The translations under genes and the position numbers were made by a program. The notes below the pieces were generated by a model that was not told the origin of the DNA, did no database searches, and was given only the letters and a program-made list of their open reading frames with translations. Positions 19,474 to 29,700 of a stretch of DNA of 64,000 nt are shown one piece after another. Every line of letters begins with the position of its first letter. Within the stretch, counting starts at the first letter, position 1. Source of the stretch: a virus. The stretch lies in the IMG/VR virus record IMGVR_UViG_3300028610_001314; one strand, given 5' to 3'.

Positions 19474-22145
19474 TATCTTTCCTTATATATTTGGGTCTTT
19501 AAGCCCATATCAAGCAGTCTCATTTCCTTGCTTGCCGTAGCGTTCTGGACTTTGATTGAAATATTCTGATCATCTATATTAAGTTCAAACCTATGCCGCT
19601 TTATTGTCTGATTGGTAATTTCCGGGGACATAGACAAAGTTTTTGATCCTGCCGATATTGTGTTCCTGGTAAAAGCAACTGTAATATCTCCAGCACTTGC
19701 AGCCACGGCTTCGGCCCTCAAAAGCATTTCAATTAATTGAATATATTCACCCCTGGCGTTTAATTCCATAATAAAAAAAGAATCAATCGCAGTTGAAACG
19801 TCATTTGTGCTGTTGTTTAATAGATATACGAAACCATCATCGATTCCACCGCCTGCCTGAAGTACTGTGATATCACCGGAATCAGCCTCAACTTCGGTCA
19901 TACAGGATAATTCTTGTGCAGGCGTATCGAATGACCATGTTTTTCCTGTTAAATCGAACACCGGGAATACATTCGGCTTGCCAGGGACAATACTATAAGC
20001 TTCGCTAGATGTCATAATGTCGGAATCTATTGACAGGATTGAGGCGCTATCTATGGCAGTTACAGATGCAGAGGTACTATCGGTTGTGTTTTTTACAGTA
20101 TCACCAACCGCAGTGCCATCGGTTGTAAACGCCCCTTCGGTATCCACCAGCTTGTTTGACGATGTGCTTGTTGTGGTACCCGTAGATCGAGACGTACTTG
20201 TGACCAAACCTATCCTGAGTACGTTAAAAGCAGAATCATGAGCAAGCCACATTTTGCTTTCGTAACCACGCCGGATATATTCTGATTTAGTCGGGTCAAA
20301 ATAATTCTGAATATCGTCTGATATGATCGAAACTGTTAATCCGTCTGTTGCGATTACTCCGTATCGAGATAGTGCAAAGCACAGCGTCTTGATTCTTTCA
20401 TCAGTCTTGGTAGCTGTAAGAACACCATCGACAACCGCAACCGACTTGTTATTCATCGTACCCACTTTGGAAGATATTAAAAGCTTACCAAAAGTGTCCG
20501 GTGAATAGCCCTGAAACAATGTAATGGTACCGCCCTCAACACCCTTTTCTTCCTGAAATACCAAAAGTTCATTGTGAAACTTTCGCATAGCAGCAGTTTT
20601 ATTGGTTCTGCCATCCCCGGCCCTTAAGATTCCGTAATCCGTACCATTAAGACTTGTTGGCAAACCCACCGCCGATACATAAATAAAATTAGGGAAAAGA
20701 GTGAATGTATAAGCTGCACGGTCTTTCCAGGCTGCATTACAATAACCCTTTCCTATTTCTTCGATATCAAAATAAGGCATTACCTGAATACTAACCACAA
20801 CACTAGAACTGAAATCGGCTGTGGAATCTTCAATATAAAGATAATACCAATATGCATACCACTGAGAAGACTGAAACTGAGTCGGCTCTGCAGATGTATT
20901 TCGAGCCCATGTAATCCATCCGGAATTAGCAAAACCATTCGTACCGTCTGAAAGTGAACTTACCTCTGTCCAGCCTGCACCGGTCCATACCTTAACATGA
21001 AAAGTAGATGTAGCTGTATTTGGGGTTGCTCCAACATCAACATAAATACCTTGAATCGGATCGGCTGTGCTGAAATAAAGCCTGTCTCTATCATCGCTAT
21101 CATTCCCAGACTCCCTAACCATATCGCTCAAGGTGATAGAGCCGGTTGCGTAGGTTAAATATGCCGTGGATGACTGATCGTAAAACATAGCTTCAATAGC
21201 ATACGGAATTACCCCATCCCATGTATTTACAATATTTTGAAAGCCTGACCCAAAAGTTATTTTTGTTAATTCTACATTGGAATCTAATTGAATTGAAACA
21301 CGAATTTGATACCAAAATCCTACTTGACCATACATATACATGGGAATTTCATCTGAAGGTTGAGTAGTCCATGCCATTGATCCTGTTACAGCCAAAGTTT
21401 CACCATCATCAATCGTACCGTCAACCCAACCATGAGTACCGTTAGTTAGTTGTGTCCAACTATTATTACTCTTACGATAATACATGGTAGCGACCGAATC
21501 TGTATCATTATCCGCACTTACCGTAAAAGTTATACTGGTAGCCGGTACCGGAGTACAAATAAAAATACATTCGTTGTTGCCATATGTGTTTAAAGAGTCT
21601 AAAACAACGACAGTTGAAGTTAATCCATCCGTTGCTTGAATTGTATAATCAGTTCCCTCTACCGGCACATTTGCCGGAGCCGCACTTCCAGCAAATACAA
21701 TAACAGCCGAAACATAATTAGCTGTTCCTGTGTAAGTTTGATGCTGATCAACACCATTGGAATGAATAAGGATATCATCAATCGTTGACCATGACCCTGC
21801 TATCTGACCGGTACTTCCTGTGAACACATCAGAACCAAACACCCCCGTTGTGACAGTAGGCGGCGCACTGGTCGCATCCATTACCACACCGTCCGACATC
21901 TGAGCTAAAAAATGCTTTTCGCTTATTCGCTCTTTCCGGAACTGATAAAGGGATAAAACTTCGTTCGTGCTATCAGCGGTCGTATGAAGTTTGATTTGTC
22001 CGGGTCGTTTTCGAAAACTTGGATGCTCACCCCTAAGATTTTTCATATCACTGAATGAACCAAAGGGCAGCAATGCCTTATGGTGACGAGTTATACAACC
22101 ACCGGATAAAGGTATCGCTGATATTTCAGTGTAAGGTGTAAGCAT
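19473..22145 (-). CDS. Tail nozzle / tail tubular protein B-like
   Basis: 890 aa beta-rich; position after adaptor and before ejection genes as in podoviruses. Confidence 0.65.
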   Translation of the reverse strand: MLTPYTEISAIPLSGGCITRHHKALLPFGSFSDMKNLRGEHPSFRKRPGQIKLHTTADSTNEVLSLYQFRKERISEKHFLAQMSDGVVMDATSAPPTVTTGVFGSDVFTGSTGQIAGSWSTIDDILIHSNGVDQHQTYTGTANYVSAVIVFAGSAAPANVPVEGTDYTIQATDGLTSTVVVLDSLNTYGNNECIFICTPVPATSITFTVSADNDTDSVATMYYRKSNNSWTQLTNGTHGWVDGTIDDGETLAVTGSMAWTTQPSDEIPMYMYGQVGFWYQIRVSIQLDSNVELTKITFGSGFQNIVNTWDGVIPYAIEAMFYDQSSTAYLTYATGSITLSDMVRESGNDSDDRDRLYFSTADPIQGIYVDVGATPNTATSTFHVKVWTGAGWTEVSSLSDGTNGFANSGWITWARNTSAEPTQFQSSQWYAYWYYLYIEDSTADFSSSVVVSIQVMPYFDIEEIGKGYCNAAWKDRAAYTFTLFPNFIYVSAVGLPTSLNGTDYGILRAGDGRTNKTAAMRKFHNELLVFQEEKGVEGGTITLFQGYSPDTFGKLLISSKVGTMNNKSVAVVDGVLTATKTDERIKTLCFALSRYGVIATDGLTVSIISDDIQNYFDPTKSEYIRRGYESKMWLAHDSAFNVLRIGLVTSTSRSTGTTTSTSSNKLVDTEGAFTTDGTAVGDTVKNTTDSTSASVTAIDSASILSIDSDIMTSSEAYSIVPGKPNVFPVFDLTGKTWSFDTPAQELSCMTEVEADSGDITVLQAGGGIDDGFVYLLNNSTNDVSTAIDSFFIMELNARGEYIQLIEMLLRAEAVAASAGDITVAFTRNTISAGSKTLSMSPEITNQTIKRHRFELNIDDQNISIKVQNATASKEMRLLDMGLKTQIYKER

Positions 22146-22943
22146 CTAATTAGCTTCCATTTTTCCAAGCATTCGCTCCATCTTCACTCTATGATCATGA
22201 AAAGCACCATTGGACATTTCCAAAGTTTTTTTAATCTGAATCGCATTATAACCCTGCTTTGCTAAATTAAAAACTTGTAACCGCCTTGGTGAAAGCTTGC
22301 TGATGAATGCTTTTTGAGTACCATTTAAATTTTCAACTCTTCTTAAGAGCAATTCTAATTTAGTGAGCTTCCTCTTGAAGCCCATCTTTTCATGTTTTCT
22401 GATAGTGCCATAGGCTCCATCGGGGCCAGACAACCGACTAGCCACCGAGTAATGCGTTGTTACATCCTCTAAAAACCCAACTGTCTCTGGACCAGTATAC
22501 CCCAAATAGTGCCTGAGATACACAACCCTTCTCATCTTGTCAGTCAACAATGGCCAGCTTTTATTTATTAAATCTCTTGCAACTACTTGATCTTCACAGC
22601 TTTTAACAGCCACTTTCGGATGCTTATGATATTTAGATATGTCATTTTTTTTAGGATGGTGCAGCTTATACCACCAATGATCTTTTCTTTTCTCGTAAAG
22701 AATTGTATGCAAGCTCATCATATAGCCACGCACAAAACTGTTTGTATAAGTATTAACCGCAAATTCTGATTTATTGGCCTTTCCCGATCTTTTCCGTTCT
22801 AAAGCAACCGACATACCAAGCATACCTTCTGAATAAAATTCTTCTCGATCCTGAGCAGGAATTGCTTTAAGGTTGCAATAATGCCCAATAATGGCTTCAG
22901 CCTGCTTGATACATTTATCTATAGTCTGTTGATCAATTTCCAT
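22146..22943 (-). CDS. Sigma-70-like factor with additional C-terminal LuxR-type HTH
   Basis: DREEFYSEGMLGMSVALE...F...TY...VRG (region 2-like), LTDKMRRVVYLRHYLGYT (region 4-like), LSPRRLQVFNLAKQGYNAIQI (LuxR-like). Confidence 0.6.
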   Translation of the reverse strand: MEIDQQTIDKCIKQAEAIIGHYCNLKAIPAQDREEFYSEGMLGMSVALERKRSGKANKSEFAVNTYTNSFVRGYMMSLHTILYEKRKDHWWYKLHHPKKNDISKYHKHPKVAVKSCEDQVVARDLINKSWPLLTDKMRRVVYLRHYLGYTGPETVGFLEDVTTHYSVASRLSGPDGAYGTIRKHEKMGFKRKLTKLELLLRRVENLNGTQKAFISKLSPRRLQVFNLAKQGYNAIQIKKTLEMSNGAFHDHRVKMERMLGKMEAN

Positions 22944-23293
22944 TGAACTGTCTCACCCTTAAACCATGATTCAGTAAATCGTTGGGCTTTCATCCTGTCA
23001 AAGTCTTTACAGGAGAATATATTAACAAAAACTTTTTCTAATACATCTAAAGTATGGATAGTTACATTGCTAGTTTTAAGAAATTGAACTACTGTTGTTC
23101 CTTTTAAATGATCTGGAGCTTTTTGATATTCTTTATCGTCATATAAATAATCCCAAAAATGCAAATCTTCACCTTCCATTTTGATCAACTTACACAACTT
23201 GCTCAGATAATTTTCAATTGATTCCCTTGTGAAAGTATTCGGGTCACAATTATGAAGATCAAGGATTAACTCTTTTCCGTAAGGCTTAGCCAT
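22919..23293 (-). CDS. speD: S-adenosylmethionine decarboxylase family (pyruvoyl-dependent, SpeD/SpeH-like)
   Basis: YGKELILDLHNC, GTTVVQFLKTSNVTIHT, NIFSCKDF; start at MAKPYG, 1 nt after the upstream stop. Confidence 0.85.
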   Translation of the reverse strand: MAKPYGKELILDLHNCDPNTFTRESIENYLSKLCKLIKMEGEDLHFWDYLYDDKEYQKAPDHLKGTTVVQFLKTSNVTIHTLDVLEKVFVNIFSCKDFDRMKAQRFTESWFKGETVQWKLINRL

Positions 23294-23294
23294 A

Positions 23295-24182
23295 TTAATG
23301 CCCCGGTATATTATAAGGGTTGATATTCCACTGCCTACCACTTCCGTAACTGGTCCAGATATCTTCGGGATAAGTATCAAGTGTAGGTCCAGCATAAGCC
23401 CTCAGTGTGGCTAGGAATTGCTGATTCCAGAACTCAACACCGGAAACTTGAGGCTTTTCTTTTGCAATCGGATAATTACCTGTAATTTCAAACACAGCTC
23501 TTGGGGTCATCAGGAAGTGAAAAGGTTCGGGTAAATCTGATACCGTACCGTAATAATCATCGGCGGCCGCGGTTTCAGATATAGTGGCCACTCTTGCGGC
23601 CGTATAATCGTCAATCGTATCGACCCAAATTTTTGTAATATTTTCAATGGTTATGCCATTATAATAATCGGCTATGGATTTGGCTGTTGACGCAAGTGTA
23701 ATCGATAGCTCACCCCCGGCCGCAGCTTTACCCTGTTCAATATCACGGCATTTGCGATAATAAATAAGGGTGTTGACATCTGTTACGCCGGCCTTGTCGA
23801 TTATAAGGGTGTTTCCCTTACGATAATATCTCTGGTCTGAGCCTGATCCACTCGTAGTTCTGCGCTGATCGGTTTGTATCGGGTGAATCTGATTACCGTC
23901 AGAATCCTTGAAAAATCTTAATTGTCCGAAGTCTGCAGGAAGGGTATAGACAGAAGCCACTCCGGTCAAATCAATTTCTTCCTCAAATACATAAGGAATT
24001 CTTGTAAATAGGGTATTATACAGAAACCTCTGGGCAGCGTTAATACCGTCCATAATCTGAGCATTACTATAAGGCCCGGTTGTATCCGTCGCCTGCACGT
24101 AAGCGGTAATATTGGAATTGTACCCTACAAGTTGGATCCATAGTTTTTCAAGGAGGGTATAAGCGTTCAAATAGGTTGCCAT
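23295..24182 (-). CDS. Head-tail adaptor (tail tubular protein A / P22 gp4-like)
   Basis: YSNAQIMDGINAAQRFLY...YTLPADF..LR and LPEPFHFL motifs; position. Confidence 0.65.
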   Translation of the reverse strand: MATYLNAYTLLEKLWIQLVGYNSNITAYVQATDTTGPYSNAQIMDGINAAQRFLYNTLFTRIPYVFEEEIDLTGVASVYTLPADFGQLRFFKDSDGNQIHPIQTDQRRTTSGSGSDQRYYRKGNTLIIDKAGVTDVNTLIYYRKCRDIEQGKAAAGGELSITLASTAKSIADYYNGITIENITKIWVDTIDDYTAARVATISETAAADDYYGTVSDLPEPFHFLMTPRAVFEITGNYPIAKEKPQVSGVEFWNQQFLATLRAYAGPTLDTYPEDIWTSYGSGRQWNINPYNIPGH

Positions 24183-24203
24183 TATACCCTCCTTGAGTAG
24201 ATA

Positions 24204-24977
24204 TTAGGTGGGTTTTTCGGCAGGATACGGAGTCTGATACATTTCTTCGTACATTGATTTGATTTCAAACCGATTTTCCTCCGGCATTGTTTCGATTTCA
24301 TCCCAATTGTTTTTTATAAAACCTGACATGGTGCTAACTTTTAGTGATTTGTATCTCTTTCTGTTTTTCGCTACTAATTCCGTGAGTTCCTGAGCCTGGT
24401 TTGTCTCGATTGCTTTTGCGTCCTTTTCTGTCTTGAGCATGTCTAAAATCTGTTTCATCTGACCAGACAAGTTCGAAACAGTTTCTTTTAGTTCAACATT
24501 TTCGGCCTTCAGGGCCTCTACCTTTGCATCATCTCTTTTGGGCACAGTAAATGGCTTCATGAGTTCAAGACCATGCTCATCGGCCTTTTTTACAAGCAAG
24601 TCCGTAGGTTTATTAAAACCCTTGCCGCCCTCTCTCTGTGCCTCGTTTTGCTGATTAAACACTTCTACCTGGTGTTCCCAGAAACGATTATACTGAGCAA
24701 TCGATTGGGCTTTCTTGACTTCTTCATCATCGCCAAAAACCATTTGAACAAGACCAATCTTGGCATACTCGTTCAGGATGTGACCGGCCCTTTTATCGTC
24801 CATATCGACAATGTGAGCTTTAGGATCTATCACCAACTTAGGATCAGCCGCTTTTAGGGCCTCAATTTTTTCAGGACTCTTATAAGCCGGAATGACTCCA
24901 TCAATTCCCTTGTGCATATATTTGATATCATCTGGGGTAAAATTTGCAACAATCATTGTAACCTCCTGTTTCGACAC
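24204..24977 (-). CDS. Hypothetical protein with coiled coil
   Basis: 257 aa, GGAGG RBS, late operon. Confidence 0.65.
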   Translation of the reverse strand: MSKQEVTMIVANFTPDDIKYMHKGIDGVIPAYKSPEKIEALKAADPKLVIDPKAHIVDMDDKRAGHILNEYAKIGLVQMVFGDDEEVKKAQSIAQYNRFWEHQVEVFNQQNEAQREGGKGFNKPTDLLVKKADEHGLELMKPFTVPKRDDAKVEALKAENVELKETVSNLSGQMKQILDMLKTEKDAKAIETNQAQELTELVAKNRKRYKSLKVSTMSGFIKNNWDEIETMPEENRFEIKSMYEEMYQTPYPAEKPT

Positions 24978-25006
24978 CTATCTAATGATTCCTCACTAAA
25001 CAGATA

Positions 25007-25465
25007 TCATTTTTGAAGCTCGTCTAATGACTTGCCTCTTGGTTTAGGGGTAATCCTTCGATATGTTGAAGGTTTCCCAGGGTTATTAAAAACTTCTCGA
25101 TAAGCATTTTGTAATTGGACCTTATCTGCTTTGGTTGCATGGCGAATATCGTCTGCTCTGGATTTGGCCTCTCTTTCACGATAATCTGCAAAATAAGCCG
25201 CTGTTTCGTCAAGGCATTCCCTCATGTCCTTTCTGTGAAGGTCTCCGGCACATAGCCGCAACAATTCCCTTCTGTCCGGTTGCCTAAATCCTACCTTGCT
25301 TACCACCATGATTTCATCAGGGGGTCCCCAGAACTTTTCCCAGGTGATGACAAACCTGTCTAGGTCTTCCCGAAATCGGCAACCAAGTCTCTGATCAAGT
25401 TGTTTGAGCTGCATCATAAAGAAAGGGTCTGGTTTATACCGTCCTGAATAGATTTTTTGAGCCAT
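25007..25465 (-). CDS. Hypothetical protein
   Basis: 152 aa, coupled to the sulfotransferase stop. Confidence 0.65.
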   Translation of the reverse strand: MAQKIYSGRYKPDPFFMMQLKQLDQRLGCRFREDLDRFVITWEKFWGPPDEIMVVSKVGFRQPDRRELLRLCAGDLHRKDMRECLDETAAYFADYREREAKSRADDIRHATKADKVQLQNAYREVFNNPGKPSTYRRITPKPRGKSLDELQK

Positions 25466-26115
25466 TATGGAATATCTCCCAAGTAATAAGGTGAAACCTT
25501 TAAGTCTTTGTAGGCTTCTGCATCCACCCTCACAATTTCGTCCGGTTCGTTAAAGCCTTTTAAGTCTTTATCTGTTTTGTACCTAGTTCGAGCATTCCGA
25601 TCCACAGCTTTAGCCATTTTTTTAATATTCAGATCTACTTCTAAAAAATCTTCGATCTGCATAGCAGTTACTTCTGGATATTTAACAACTTCTTTATATT
25701 TCAAAAACAATGTCGGAATGTCATGTTTTTTAAGATGGTTGCGTGTCCATTCAATCGCTACGGGAATATTTTCGTCCCAGATACTTCTCATTGAAAAAAG
25801 GGATGAAACAATCTCGCAGATATCGCGCTGCATGAAAATAGCCTTAACAGGTCGATCTATCGGAATCACGCTTGCATATGGGCAAACAATCTTGACAGCC
25901 TTGTTCGCTGTTTCGGATTTATCTAACTCCAATATGCTTTTTCCAACATTTTCTAGTTCCTCGCATCCATACGGCGAATACTTGTGCTGCGGTCCGATTG
26001 TAAGCTCATCGGCAAGAACTTCAATGCTAGCATTGCGAAGCATACGCATCATCATGGAAGTCCCAGAACGTGGGAATCCGGTGACAACTAATGTGATTCC
26101 ATTTAAGTCAATCAT
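25465..26115 (-). CDS. Sulfotransferase-family protein
   Basis: 5'-PSB loop VVTGFPRSGTSMMMRML, KAIFMQRD..EIVSS (3'-PB-like), LFLKYKEVV..PE. Confidence 0.8.
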   Translation of the reverse strand: MIDLNGITLVVTGFPRSGTSMMMRMLRNASIEVLADELTIGPQHKYSPYGCEELENVGKSILELDKSETANKAVKIVCPYASVIPIDRPVKAIFMQRDICEIVSSLFSMRSIWDENIPVAIEWTRNHLKKHDIPTLFLKYKEVVKYPEVTAMQIEDFLEVDLNIKKMAKAVDRNARTRYKTDKDLKGFNEPDEIVRVDAEAYKDLKVSPYYLGDIP

Positions 26116-26116
26116 T

Positions 26117-26665
26117 TTAAACCGTTACTGAAGCCGTTTTCAAAGCGCTCTTGCAATTCTTCAGGTCAACTTTTGCAAGAACCAGTTCCTTTTTATATTT
26201 CTCAACCGCTTCTTTCAGATTTTTGACTTCGGTTCCATGCGCTTCTTTTGCCTTGGCCGCCTTAGCTGCAAAAGATTTCTTTGAATCCCGAATATTTGTC
26301 ATGAGACCTTTGACATTTGCTTTCAAAGCATCCACTTCGGGTTGAAGATCTTCAATTTCAGCAACTTCAGCGACTTCAGGCTTATCTACAAATTCTGGAA
26401 CTTTCTCCACATCATGATCAAGAATAGCCTTGACTATCTCAAGAGCATTGAGAACACCCACATCGTAAGGTTCATCCATATCGGCATTCCGTCTGTGAAG
26501 CTTGTGGATCCATAAAAGCTGTTCCTCCGGCTTCCGCTTTCCATTCGAATAGGCCCATAAATGCTGGTCGGTTAAAACCATTTCCTCAAAAGGAACCGGG
26601 TTCATCAAGGTTGCGGCATAAATGGAATAAAGCCTTTCTGCCACATCTTTTGGTAAATTAATCAT
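26117..26665 (-). CDS. Hypothetical protein with C-terminal coiled coil
   Basis: 182 aa, RBS, late operon. Confidence 0.6.
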   Translation of the reverse strand: MINLPKDVAERLYSIYAATLMNPVPFEEMVLTDQHLWAYSNGKRKPEEQLLWIHKLHRRNADMDEPYDVGVLNALEIVKAILDHDVEKVPEFVDKPEVAEVAEIEDLQPEVDALKANVKGLMTNIRDSKKSFAAKAAKAKEAHGTEVKNLKEAVEKYKKELVLAKVDLKNCKSALKTASVTV

Positions 26666-26682
26666 TTTCCTGTCCTTTGTTA

Positions 26683-26703
26683 AGGGGAGTGGTTAGCTCC
26701 CCT
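26683..26703 (-). other. Intergenic hairpin AGGGGAG-CTAACCA-CTCCCCT
   Basis: Perfect 7-bp inverted repeat after the large beta-helix gene; no strong U-tract. Confidence 0.6.
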
Positions 26704-26712
26704 GTTGGTTGA

Positions 26713-29700
26713 TTAAGCGTCACTATCAAGATCAGGAACTCTATGGGTTTCGTTATCAGCACTCGTGATGACGTTATCAAGAGCGAGTTTATTGGTCCAA
26801 GTGTAAGCAGTTCCAGAACCGTTATTGGTATCTACTATACATCTGTTGCCGATAATATGAAGTGGCATAATACCGGAAGGATCGTTTATACACTTCCCAA
26901 CAGTATTAATCACATTATCCAGTACAAACGAATCAAATCCAAATTCACTTGTACTAACAGTAAGAATACCAACACCAGCAGCCGAAATTCTGTTATTCTT
27001 GATTTGAACCGTATTAGACTGTCCCACTCCAAACGCAATAGCAGCAGTTGTAAAACCGCCACCAGTCTTACCTATGAGATCACAGTTGTCCACGATCAAA
27101 GACGGACATCTGGTGGTAATGTTAATTGCGTGAGTTGCCAATCCAGCAGTTCCATCAAACTCACATTCATGAAATTCAATGCCACCACATTTCGGAGTAA
27201 GAACAAAAATAGGATTAGTAGCGTTTTCACGAAACCAGAAATTATACCAACGGCAACCATAATAATCAGCATCTTCAATAATGTGAGTACCAGTCAACCC
27301 AGGCTTTTGATTATGGTTATAAGAACCAAGACCAACAATGTCAGTCTTTTGGGATAATTTGGTTAAGTCCTCAGTGAAAGTATCGGCTATACAATAGATG
27401 GTATTTCGCCTTGCCCAATTACGGTTAGCAGCAACGTCAGCATGAGCAATGGCTAAAACCTCTGTTAAGGTTTTATAGGCTGAAGCCCAACATCTACCAT
27501 CAAGACCAGTAGTTGCAATATTACCATCGGCATAGAAGATATTACCATCAGCGCCTCGTGCCATCGCAGCCTCTTTGCCATGACCAGCATGATAACGCCA
27601 ATCTTCAGTTCCCCAGTAGTTATTGTCATACCAAGAGGTGAATTTAGACAAAGTAACCGGCGTTTCGCAGTTTATCACTCTATTGCCGACCATTGTGAAG
27701 GTGCCTTCGTTTGGAGTGTTGGTGATTTTAATACCCGTATCACTTGAATCCACACCTATGATCGTATTATTTTCCAATACAAGATCAGGTCGGCCGTCAG
27801 TGTCTTGAGCAAGTTCAATACCTGTCGCTGATGCTAAAGTCATAAACTGACAGTTGAGAACCTTGGCCCTGGTGGTATTCAGATACAGCGCACAAGTCAC
27901 CCAATATCTGAAATGACAATTTTCAATTACAAGATCAGGAGCGTCATAAGTATCATCGGCTTTAATTCCATACTCACCATCTGTGCTATCGAACTTACAG
28001 TTAGTGAATTTGATCTTAAAGAATTCCTCTGTCGTACATATACGAACAGCATCCTTAGTGTCGTCTGGACCATTAAAGCAGATATTGTCAATCCAGACTT
28101 CATGAGCATTGATTGTCATCAAATGACCAGTATTAGTAGGAGCAAGAAACATTGCCTTTGCGTGATTAGGATCTTTGTTTCCCATACCGATTACCTGAAG
28201 GCCTATAGTGGTAATATCAACAGTATTCGCTTCTTCATAGCAAGCATTCGCAGCAGCCATATAAATTGTGTCATTACGAGTAGTAGCGACTGCTATGGCA
28301 GCAGTAAAGGTCTTGAATGCTGATGCCCAAGACCTACCATCACCACCAGTCGTGACATCACTATCACAGAAGAAAACTCGACCTGGATGCTTGTCGCTAT
28401 CCGACATGGAGTGATACTTGTCATCATCAACTCCCCAATAATTACCGTCATACCATGTGGTATACTTGGCAAGTGTAATCGGAGTAGCGCAGTTGGTAAC
28501 ATGGTTGCCTGATATATCCAGATGAGAAGTAGATATAGCAGCACCGGGTAGCTTAATGCCTGTATCACCAAGAGTAAAACCACGAATGGTATTTCCTATA
28601 ATCCTTCCGACTGGTCTTGCACCGCCTCCCTGTGGATACTCAATGGCAATGGCGCTACTTGCAATTATGAATAGGTTGTTTCTGGCAACACAGCGAGTAC
28701 CGTACATATAGAACCCTACAGTGACGCATCCTACAAAAGTACAACCCTCAACATGAGTATCAATGCCGTCTCCACCGATTCCTGTTCCACCGACATTGAC
28801 TCCATATGTATGAGTTCCATTACCATTGAAATGACAATCCCTGATAATGGTCTTGTAACAGGTAGCTGTATTGGCAACCGTGATAATAGGATTAGCCGTA
28901 TTCTGAATGAATGACAGGTCATGAATCTCGCACTCATTAGCATTTACGGACATAATGGTATGACTGGCCGTGGCTTTGATTGAAGTCGTACCCCACATAT
29001 CACCAGTCTTGTTCTGTCCTCTCAGGATAGTACCTTCTACAGCCAGATCAATAACAGCAGCTTCAGTGTAAATACCTTTCTTGATATAAACAGTACAGTG
29101 AGTTGTAGAACCTATTGCAGTAATGGCCTCAGCAACTGTCTTGACCGCCGTATTCGGAGATGTACCCAGACCGCTTGTAGTCCTGTCTGAATCAACCCAA
29201 AAAGTACCACTTTGACCCTTGGGTAATGCTATAACTTCCTGCTCGCCAGAATAATCATCAGTTGAGGTAATGGTACACAGGCTCATCATCTGATATGTAG
29301 TCAGGTTGTTATTGTAGATAGCATTACGTTTTGCAGTAGGATCACCAGTATTCCATGTGTTAATTACTGCCGTAAGTCCATCACCGAAATGGTTGTCATG
29401 GATAAAGGAGTCAGTACAATCGACAACTATACCGTTTGTGCAATTCTGATCAATGTAGTTGTGTCTGAACCTGAGCCGGTACATTACGGCGTTAGCAGAA
29501 CTGACAAGGTAAAATGCATAGGTACATTCTTTAAACACGCAATCTTCAACAGTAATGTCATTGGCACCTTCGGACTGAATACCCACTGAGTCCGAAGAGG
29601 TTGACCGGAAAGTACATTTGCGTATGATAGTACCTGCTGCATTAGAGGTAAGCAGAGTGTTCTTGGCAAGAAAGATCGCCCGGCCGGTTGCACCGTTTGG

